Assembly (NCBI GenBank): GCA_038087875.1
Contig: JAXLNO010000258.1
Span: 1 to 47,239 of the forward strand
Origin: Malacoraja senta
Lineage: Eukaryota
DNA: 47,239 bases
Reading direction: 5' to 3'
Each line of letters starts with the position of its first letter. Position 1 is the stretch's first letter. Position numbers and translations under genes: made by a program. Below are positions 22,895 through 32,374 of the stretch, one piece after another. Under the pieces are notes generated by a model. That model was not told where the DNA came from. It saw only the letters and a program-made list of their open reading frames with translations, and did not search any database.

Positions 22895-24676
22895 TTCACT
22901 TCTCAGCTTCAACTACATCCTCTGGTTCTTGATTCCCCTACTCTGGATAGACCCTGTGCATTCACCCTATCTATTCCCCTCATGTACATTCCCCTCTTAT
23001 ACATCGCTATGAGATCATCCCAGAGTCTTCTGCGCTCCAAGGAATAAAGTCCTAGCCTGCCCATCCTCTCCTTATAGCTCAAACTCTCAAGTCCATGCAA
23101 AACCCTCATAAATCTCTGCACTTTTTCCAGCTTAACAGCATTGTTCCTATAGCCAGGTGAATAAAACTCCAAATGTGGCCTCTCCAACATATTGTACAAA
23201 TGTAACAAAATCTCAGTGTTTATACTCCACACCCTGACTGATGAAGGCAAATATACCGAAAGCTTTCTTGACCACCCGACCTATCTGTGACACCACTATC
23301 CAGAAACTATGTATCTGCACTCCTTGATCCCTATGCTCTACAACAGTCCTCAGGCACCTGCCATTCGCTGTGATGATCCTGCCCTAGTTTGACTTCCCAA
23401 AATGCAAAATCTCACAATTATCTGCATTAAATGCCATTAACCATCCCTCAGCCCACTTGCCTAACAGATCTAGATCCTGCTGTAATTTGATAACCACCTT
23501 TGTTATTCATGATGCCACCCACTTTTCTGTCATCAGCAAATTTGTTAATCATGCCTTGTACATTTTCATCCAAATCATTAATATAAACCACAAACAGCAA
23601 GTGGCCTAGCACTGATCCCAGAGGCACACTACTAGTCACAGGCCTTCAGTCAGAAGAACAACATCCCACCATCACCCTCTGCTTCCCTCCATGAAGCCAA
23701 ATCTCTATCCATTCAGCTAGCACTCCCTGGATCTCATGCAATCTAAAGGGGCTGTCCCACTTGGGCAACCTAATCTGCGAGTTAAGAAGAGTGTCTTCGA
23801 CCTTCAAGCTCGAGAGCACTCGCCTGGAAAGCCTCGAGCTGGATCGACCGTCCGCGTTAAAACCGCGAGCTGCATCGACCGACCACACACACAAACACAT
23901 CGCAAAGGCGGGGGCCAGGGAAAGCGGGGGAGCGCTGTCTGAAATTCACACCCGCGATGAAGAAGAAGGTAAAACGGCTGCCACAGTGTATGGTAAGTCC
24001 TTTATAGAGTGCAGGGGGGGGGAGGGGGGAGAGGAAGGGGGAGAGAAGGGGGAGGGAAGTGGGGGGGAGAAGGGGGGAGAAGGAGTGGAGACACTTTTAA
24101 GAAGTTTAATAAAGTTTAGCAGGCATTTTACCTACCGGGTCCTGAAAACTCCAATGAGCCAATCAAAATGCCCGATCATCGAAGGAGATTGCCTATGGCT
24201 GCCCCCGACTGCCTGTAACTAAATAGCAACCCCACTCCACTGCACTATGAGTCAAAAAGAACCATGCTGACCAAATTTTACTCGCAGAAAATTTTCCAAC
24301 ATGCTGAAAAAATGTCCGCGACCTAGCTGAGGCCACGAATATTTGGGAACTTCCTTCGAACATGAAGGAGAGTTCCAGCGACCTTATAGGACCTCCTAGG
24401 ACCACGTGTCGACCATGCAGCGAGTTTGAAGGTCGAAGACACTCTTCTAAACTCGCAGATTAGGTCACCCAAGTGGGACAGCCCTTTAACCTTCCAGAGC
24501 AGCCTACCGTGTGGAACATAATCAAATGCCTTGCTGAAGTCCATATAGATATTGTCTATGGCTTTGCCCTCATCACCCTTTTAATTACTTTTTCAAAAAA
24601 CATCAGATTTGTAAGAAGCGATCTCACACATGCTTACTATTTATAATCAGCCCATATCTATCCAAATGCATATAAA
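22895..24676 (-). mobile_element. Old CR1 LINE RT region, split by a MITE
   Basis: LGLYSLERRRL, VPLGSVLGHLLF..INDLD, KFADD, MDFSKAFD.VPH; reads RLLWKV|RLHEIQG across the MITE. Confidence 0.88.
23747..24486. mobile_element. Non-autonomous PIF/Harbinger DNA transposon (MITE, 740 bp)
   Basis: 66-bp TIRs at 23747-23812 and 24421-24486 (5 mismatches) starting AGGGGCTGTCCCACTT; TAA duplication at 23744-23746 and 24487-24489. Confidence 0.9.
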
Positions 24677-25014
24677 CAATGCATTCAGAAAGTATTCAGA
24701 CCCCTTCACTTTTTCCACATTTTGTTACGTTACAGCCTTATTTTAAAATTGATTATATTCTTTTATTTTAATCATCAATCTACACACTATATCCCAGAAT
24801 GAAGAAGCGAAAACAGGTGTTAAGAAATATTTGCAAAGTAATTAAAAAGGAATAACTGAAATATCACATTTACATAAGTATTCAGACCCTTTGCTATGAC
24901 ACTCAAAATTAAGCTTAGGTTCATTCTGTTTCCATTGATTATAATTGAGATGTTTCTACAACTTGATTGGAGTCCACCAGTGGTAAATTAAATTGATTGG
25001 ACATGATTTGGAAA
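24677..25014 (+). mobile_element. Tc1-like DNA transposon, left IR/DR end only
   Basis: Starts CAATGCATTCAGAAAGTATTCAGACCCC (CAGTG-type terminus); direct repeat AAGTATTCAGACCC at 24690-24703 and 24876-24889; truncated before the transposase. Confidence 0.85.
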
Positions 25015-25358
25015 TTCCCATTGACTATTTGGAGGCCCAGAGTACACTTCCAACAAGGTGATCATCCTCTTTTTATATCTTAGCTTCACCCATATAGCCT
25101 CCCTGGATGAACCTTTAATAATGTCATCTTGGATTACTGCCCCGACATCCTACTTAGTCAATAAAGTAACACCCATTCACTTTTAGCCTCACCTCTATCT
25201 CTCCTATAGCATTACAGTAGCTCCTGGAACATTAAGCTGTCAACCCTGTCCCTCTCTTAGCAAGGATTCTGTAATGGCTATAATGCCTCATTTACATGTA
25301 CCTATCCAATACCAAAGTTCTTCCACCTTACCTGTCAGATCTCTTGCATTAAAATAGA
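25015..25358 (-). mobile_element. Old CR1 endonuclease-region fragment
   Basis: Minus strand encodes degenerate YFNARDLTGKVEEL and ITLLEVYSGPPNSQ. Confidence 0.7.
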
Positions 25359-25361
25359 TCA

Positions 25362-25572
25362 GGGTGGCACAGTGGCGCATCGGTAACGTCGCTGCCTTAC
25401 AATGCCAGAGACCCGAGGTTCGATCCTGACAAAGGGTGCTGTCTGTACGGAGTTTGCACATTCTCCTCTATGACTGTGTGGATTTTCTTTGGGTGCTCTG
25501 GGTTCTTCCCACACCCCCAAGACGCACAGCTTTGTAGGTTAATGGGCTTTTGTAAATTGTCCCTAGTGTGTA
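25362..25572 (+). mobile_element. tRNA-derived SINE, V-SINE/HE1-like
   Basis: A box TGGCGCATCGG, B box GGTTCGATCC, V-domain-like core homologous to 980-1298. Confidence 0.85.
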
Positions 25573-25647
25573 CTATAGGACTAATGTACTCACAGGACTG
25601 ATACTCTATTCCTTTTCCTTTGTTCCCATCTACATACCCAATATATA

Positions 25648-26035
25648 AAATAGGAACAGGATAAGGCCACTCAGCCTCTCCATCCTGTTTTCCATTTAAT
25701 ATGAATATTTCTGACAGACTGTAATCTCAATTATGTATTTCTACTTACCTCTTGTAACATTCACTCCCGTTCTTATGTAAAATCTACCTATCTCTGCCTT
25801 CACAATATCCAGTCTGAAGAAAGGTCTCGACCCGAAACATTTCCCATTCCTTCTCTCCAGAGATGCTGCCTGTCCCGCTGAGTTACTCCAGCATTTTGCG
25901 TCCATCTTCACAATATCCAGCCTCTGTTGCCACCACTATTTGAGGAAGAGAGTTCTGAAAAATCATGAAACAAAAATGCTTAATCTCTGCCTTAAGTAGG
26001 CAACCACATGTTCAAACAGTTTACCCTTGGTTTCA
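25648..26035 (-). mobile_element. Highly degenerate CR1 3' fragment
   Basis: ATAGGAACAGGATAAGGCCACTCAGCC resembles the reverse complement of a CR1 3' UTR; interrupted by 25813-25905. Confidence 0.5.
25813..25905 (+). mobile_element. 93-bp Penelope-derived insertion with hammerhead core (copy 2)
   Basis: CTGAAGA-AAGGTCTCGACCC-GAAAC; exact 15-bp TSD CTTCACAATATCCAG at 25798-25812 and 25906-25920. Confidence 0.85.
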
Positions 26036-27346
26036 AGTAAAGACAAATGTATTGCCATATGCACACGCATGGTGTACAGGTACAATGAGAATTGAACCAG
26101 CCTTGAATCATTGCAACCCCATCTACTATTTTCCATTTTAATATACATGTGAGGATGAATTACATTCTTCAAAATCAACATAATCCTTTGAGGAATGATT
26201 AAATCATTAGAAAGAAAATGATTTGAAATATAAAATTAGCTTTTTTTCCGTCTATCAAAATTATTTTTATTGAACAGCATTGATGAGAATGAAATTACAA
26301 TAAAAAATGGCATTTGATGTTGTCAAAATAACATAAGTAAAAATTATGAAATACAATCTATCATTGTCTAGCATACAGCATGTAGGAGGTATATTTCACT
26401 GTGCCTTTTGGCAAGGAGGTAGCATAAATATAAAGAGGCTTTACTTGCCATGGACATAAATTAGTTTCAATGTTTATTTGTAAATAAAGTAATCCAGCTT
26501 TGTGACTAAAATTATTCTTGTGTAGAACGCCTAAATGATAAACCTGGCAAATTAAACACAGTAAGGATAAAGAGTTTTGCTGCTTTACCTCTGCAAAATT
26601 TTGGCAGGCATTATGTCCTTCCCCCTCCATTCACCAAGTGCAATCTGCTTCATTTTGTTTGTACACCTCCTTGTGTCAATTATTTATTTTGCCTCATGGG
26701 GAAAACCCCCCCATGAAATCTATAAATACATAGCATAATGTAAGAGGTAGCATGTTAACCAATGATTTTTTACATGTAGGCATCATTGACAAAGACAATA
26801 TTCATTGTCCATTTCTGAATTGACACTGCTCCCTGAAATGGCTTGCTGCTATTATGATTTAGAGGCTTATATGAGTCAGATTGAATAAAGAAAAGAGAAT
26901 TATTTCATAATAAAGATCATGAGCAATTGTTTTACATCAATATGATGTTTGTTATTGATATCGGTGCTTTGATCCTATGAATGATTCACCTCCAGGTGCA
27001 GGGTATAACCTCCATAAAAGAGTTCCAGCAGCTTATTTTGGGGCTTCAGTTGCAAGTGAGAAGACAACCAAAAAATTCTGAAACTATACAACATGATTCC
27101 CAAGTATTTAGGATACTCCTTAATTTCCAGGCTGGAATAAATACTTGGAAGCTTTCAGAGAAGAAATAGCTCAGGTGCAGACCAAACATATCCTATGGGG
27201 GCAAAGACAAGGCATCCAAACTTACATTATTAACTTCACACTATTTTGAGAATTCAATTGGAAGTGTAATACAAGATTTATTAGAGATCTTGAGGAATTC
27301 TGCTGCAATCTCTAGATCTTCCTGTATTATGCCGAGACAGGAAGGT

Positions 27347-28009
27347 TGTAGAGCTAATAACAAACACTCCAAGTAACGATCCAACAGGTTTATTGGCATA
27401 TAGTAAAGTTACACTGCATGTTGTCACCACTGTGACTACATCCCGACTAACCGACTAGTGTCTGAAAGCGTTAGTAATATATGGTGACTGTAAGGTAAAA
27501 CCCAGACTGGATTATAGATCTGAGTGGTGTGTGACATATGTGTGTTAGTATTAGGTTGAGCAGATCTATATCTTTCCTCTTAAGAAAATAAGATAACTAC
27601 AATTACATATGTGAATACAATTAATCAAGTTTAACTGGTGTCTAATAACATCAGCACTGGAGCAGGTTAAGCATAGTCCCCGTATCTAAGGGTAGGTTTG
27701 CAAATGCAACCAGCATGCGTGCGGTACAGGCTCACATCCCCATCCTTCACTGGCGAGAACTGCGAGACCGGGGGCTGATGGAGCACCAGAATTCTTGAAG
27801 CACTGGCTGGTGAAATGGCTTCCATTGTCAGACAATAAACTAGGAGCAGAATGGGTCCGAAATCTCTAACACCATGTAGAGCTAATAACAAACTCTCCAA
27901 GTAACGATCCAACAGGTTTATTGGCATATAGTAAAGTTACACTGCATGTTGTCACCACTGTGACTACATCCTGACTAACCAACTAGTGACTGAAAGCATT
28001 AGTAATATA
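27347..28009 (-). mobile_element. Internally deleted Gypsy/Mag-like LTR element (TRIM-like)
   Basis: 135-bp direct repeat 27347-27481 / 27875-28009 (5 mismatches) starting TGTAG; PBS TGGTGTTAGAG abutting 27875; internal region ends YRTHAGCICKPTLRYGDYA like an integrase C-terminus. Confidence 0.82.
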
Positions 28010-28165
28010 CTAGACTAAGTGGGACCCGTTGTCACGGGGAGGCCTGGTCCCCCAATGCAATATTCCACCACTTGCCCATAGCCCCCAAATGTGCAGGCGC
28101 AGCTGACAGGTTCCAGTTGTGATGCCCCTGATCCCCCCTCCTCCCCTCACCGCCCCCTCACCGCT
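28010..28165 (-). mobile_element. Helitron 3'-terminal fragment
   Basis: CTAG terminus at 28010-28013 inserted at an A|T site of the LTR; homologous to 29444-29620, with the hairpin partly deleted. Confidence 0.8.
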
Positions 28166-28842
28166 TGGTCTCGCTACAATATCAAGATTCCCTTTGACAA
28201 TGTAAGAAAACCCAGACATCCAAAACATTCTCCTCTTCCCCAAGTACTGAGGGGTCTCTTTCAATACGCTGATACCCCAAGCATTACAAAGAACAGCACA
28301 GACAGGAATAGGCCCTTTGATCCACAATATCATGCTGAAGCATTGATTAACAGGAAATACAAGATAACTGTAACTATTTTGCCTTACTAAATCACAAAAT
28401 AGTGAGTTGATCTCTGTCCTGCGTTGGCGCTGCATGGCCCATTGCTTATTCTAAACCCTATCCATGTTGCACTGGTTCAAAATGAGTGTCAATCGCAGTT
28501 TGTTGAAGCCTCATTTTGAAGCAATAAATTTAATTTATTATTTTTGCAGTATAAATGGCTGGTACATGTTTTGCATTAATGGTTAGTATATTCCATACCC
28601 TCTGATTATGGTGTAATCTACTGGGTGTTTCATGAATTTTCTTTTTTTTAATGTCATAGATAGAGAAATAAGGCCAAACAAGTCAATAGAATGTTAGAGT
28701 TAACACTGCAAGGTCAATGACTTTGCATCAGAAGCAGTTCAAGTGGTGGACCATCACCTTAAGACATTAACTGCGATTTTTTCCACTGATGCTTCCTGAT
28801 CAGCCTACCATTTGCAGCAAATCCTGCACTAATAAACTAGGA

Positions 28843-29168
28843 TAGACACAAAATGCTGGAGTAACTCAGCAGGACAGGCAGCATCTCTGGAGAGAAGGAA
28901 TGGGTGACATTTCACATCAAGACCCTTCTTCAGACTTGTTAAGGATAAGGGAAATGAGAGATATAGACAATGATGTTGTGAGATAAAGAGCAATGAATAA
29001 AAGATATGCAAAAAAGTAACAATGATAAAGGAAACAGGCCATTGTTAGCTGCTTGTAGGGTGAAAACGAGAAGCTAGTGCGATTTGGGTGGGGGAGTGAT
29101 AGAGAGAGAGGGACTGCCGAGGCAACCTGAAGTGAGAGAAATCAATATTCATACCACTGGGCTGTAAG
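28843..29168 (-). mobile_element. 5'-truncated Penelope-like element 3' end with hammerhead core (copy 3)
   Basis: Minus strand encodes LQPSGMNIDFSHFR (GIY-YIG C-terminus-like), then CTGAAGA-AGGGTCTTGATGT-GAAAT-GTC-ACCC; 14-bp TSD CTAATAAACTAGGA at 28829-28842 and 29169-29182. Confidence 0.85.
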
Positions 29169-29740
29169 CTAATAAACTAGGAGCAGATTCATTGGGCAAA
29201 TTTTGCTATGAAACTGCTTGGAGACTGCAGGATACTAGCTCCACAACAAGTCTCCTGGGAATCAACTACTGAAGCAGTGTCACGAAATTGCCGGAAATAA
29301 CCTGTAAGGAAGTGTGGTGTTCATGTGTTTGCATATGCTCTGCATGAGTCATCATGAGCTTTCAAAAGCCACACTGGTAAATGCTAGCTGCACAATTTCA
29401 GAGAATTCCAGAAACAAAATTAACTTTAAATTTTCATAATTTACTAGACTAATTTGGGACCCGTTGGGTCCCATTGTCACACGGGAGGCTTGGTCCCCCA
29501 ATACAATATTCCACCACTCGCCCATAGCCCCCAACTGCGCAGACGCAGCTGACAGGTTCCCGTTGTGATGCCCCTGATCCCCCCTACTACCCTCACAGCC
29601 CCCCACTCCGCCGCTTGCCCATCCCCCCACACTCTCCCGCCCACACTCACTCCATCTCCCCCTCAACCCCCCCCCCCCCATCCATTCTTAGTGGCTCTCC
29701 GTCGGCGCAGCCATTCCCGCCCATTGGGTTCCATTGGGCG

Positions 29741-30512
29741 GGAGTCAAGAGTGTTTTATTGTCATATGTCCCAGATAGAACAATGAAATTCTTACTTGTT
29801 GCACAAAAGAATATATAATCATAATAAATAATATAACAAAAGCTCAGGAAAAAAAAGAACAAACAATAACAGTGCAATAATAATAATAATAGTCTATTGT
29901 AGTTCAAAGCTTATGAGGTTGTAGTGTTTAATAGCCTGATGGCTGTAGGGAAGAAACTGCTCCTGAACCTGGACATTACAGTTCTCAGGTTCCTGTACCT
30001 TCTTCCTGATGGCAGTGGTGAGATGAGTGTGTGGCCAGGATGGTGTGGGTCTTTGATGATGTTGGCTGCCTTTTTGAGGCAGCGACTACGATAAATCCCT
30101 TCGATGATGGGGAGGTCAGAGCCGGTGATGGCCTGGGCAGTGTTTAAAACTTTTTGTAGTCTTTTTCGCTCCTGGACGTTCAAGTTGCCGAACCAGGCCA
30201 CGCTGCAACCAGTCAGTATGCTCTACTGTGCACCTGTAGAAGTTCAAGAGAATCCTCTTTGACATACTGAATCTCCGTAATCTTCTCAGGAAGTAGAGGT
30301 GCTGATGTGCTTACTTTATGATTGCATCAGTGTGCTGGGTCCAGGAAAGATCGTCGGAAATATGCACCCCCTTGAATTTTTGACTCTCTCCACCATCGTC
30401 CAATTGATGTAAACAGGATTGTGGGTCTTGAACCTTCCTCTTCTAAAGTCCACAATCAGTTCTTTGGTTTTGCTGATTTAGAGAGCCAGGTTGTTGTGCT
30501 GGCATCATATGG
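29741..30512 (-). mobile_element. 5'-truncated LINE of the L2/Rex1 group (DUF1891-type C-terminus)
   Basis: KAHQHLYFLRRLRRF..., WFGN..., DPHHPGH...LPSGRRYR...SFFPTAIRLLN; splits the Helitron subterminal sequence, which is intact at 35090-35110. Confidence 0.85.
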
Positions 30513-30817
30513 TCATTGTGACGTAGAACACGCAGGTATTACTGCGCAGGCGCAGCTGACGGGCATGGCAAGTGGAAAAGCTTAAAGATTAAAATGTGAA
30601 TAACTCTTACAATACAACAACAATTTAAACATTAAAGATGAGATTTATTCCGTTCAGTTCTTTCTTGTTGCGTGTCTTGTTGCATTCTGCTGCTCATTGC
30701 GTCTCGATGTCTCTTTGCTGTTGATGAAAAAAAGACACACAATTTTAAGATATAGACATTATTGAGTAGTCAAACTTTAACGAAGAAAATCTGAGAATTT
30801 ACATCAGAAGTCATCGT

Positions 30818-32356
30818 TCAACTAAGCACGTGTTTAATGACAACATTCTTGGTTGATGTTCCATCCTTCAGGAAAACGTTGACATTTTCCTTAACCTTTC
30901 CTCGGCTAAGACCCACATATAGTTGTCCATGCTGAAATACTGGTTTCTCGAGGTATATCAACACCTTCTCCATGGTTTGACCTTGCGCTTTATGTATCGT
31001 CATAGCAAAACATGACTGAAGCATTGGCTCCGCTGAAGGGGAATGTCTTTGCCTTCTGTCAAATTGAGCATTATCCTAGGAATGAGAAAAATATCATCTT
31101 TGAAGGCTCCCATGTTGATTCTTGCAATGATCAGATTATTGTGCAGTTCTTCCATAATCATCCTCGTTCCATTGCATAGCTTTCGGGGTTCCAAGTTTCT
31201 CATTAATATGATCGGAGATCCTATTTTCAAGTCCAATTTGTGTGGTGGTAATCCAGAGATGTCGAGTGAATGAGGAATTCTGTTGGGAAGCATTAGTTCC
31301 CTCAGTGACAGCATTGAAAGAAAAGTACTCCTTAATGATTCCAGGGAAGCGTCTGATACATGGAGAATTCATGCTTCTCATCGTATCGTTGTGCGGAACC
31401 AAGATACAACTGTCGGAGAATAATTCTGCAGGATTGTCAAATGCGGGATAGAAGAAATCAATACAATCCTCCAATATTTTTGGTGATAGAACCATGTCTT
31501 CTGGCATTTCAATTTCATCCTTCATTCTTTAAAAACTCATCTTCTCCAACTTTCAACAAAAATTGAGAATAGTCTCTCTCTCAATCGCATATTCATCTGC
31601 AATTGAAACTTGGTGAAAAGTGTCCACAAGTAGGATTTCTTGAAGCAGGAATATTGAACGTCAGCATAAATTCCCCTTTTCATTAGAGGAAGGAGTTGTC
31701 AAAAATCGCCACAACAAATGGTAAGAATGCTGCCAAAAGGCTTAGCGTTGGTGCATACATCTTGAGGAGTTCTGTCCACCCCCTCAAAGCTCTCCCTCCT
31801 AATCATTGGGCATTTATCATAACAATGAGTTTCACTTGCCTCATCAAACGTGCCATGTTAGAGTTCTTCTCAATGTTGCAGAATGTATCCTCGGTCACTT
31901 GGATGGGCATCTTGAATCGAGAATGTGCAGTTCTTCCACCAGGCATTAATTTAGCTGCTATCCCAGAGGATGCTACAGCAAGAGCCACATCACCTTGACC
32001 TCTAACTTTGGAGAGGATCAAATTGGTGATAAATGTTTTTCCCGTTCCTCCTGGTGAATCAATGAAAAACATTGAAGCTTCCTTTTCAAGCAGTTGCACA
32101 CCTGGTCATACACTGCTCTCTGCTCAGCATTCAGCAGAGGCTCATTCTCCTCAACAAATTGCTGTTGTTCAGTTCTATCGTATTGCAATTCCTGCAGCAA
32201 TTCTGGATTGTCAACATCAAGGTGCATCCTTCCATTTATTGGTCGTGGCAAATGAAAGCATACCATTGTTTTGTTGTAACTCTCAAGCTTGTCTTGAATA
32301 TACAACAGAGCCTGATCATGATGCTTCTCATCAATCATGAGATTAGGATCACTCAT
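30818..32356 (-). pseudogene. Helitron RepHel PIF1-family helicase domain, fragmented
   Basis: DSPGGTGKT, ASSGIAA, GRTAHSRFK, GDFRQLLP, LMRNL..KLCNGTR, IPRI, FAMTIHKAQGQT, HGQLYVGLSR. Confidence 0.92.
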
Positions 32357-32374
32357 TGTTCTCCGTTCATTGTA

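Larger units (their letters stand above)
29444..32374 (-). mobile_element. Helitron 3' half
   Basis: CTAG|T end at 29444; perfect hairpin TGGGACCC-GTT-GGGTCCCA at 29455-29473; PIF1 helicase fragments upstream on the same strand. Confidence 0.9.

Noticed and set aside
26040..27340. Host exons in the unique AT-rich stretch (ORFs 26361-26630, 26981-27169)
   Set aside because: No recognisable protein similarity and only weak splice signals.
27347..28009. CRISPR-like array from direct repeats (also 10069-10269 and the minisatellite)
   Set aside because: Repeats are LTRs or tandem units with no regular unique spacers and no cas genes; the DNA is eukaryotic.
30818..32356. Host PIF1 helicase gene
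   Set aside because: Intronless, frameshifted and linked to a Helitron hairpin-CTAG terminus.
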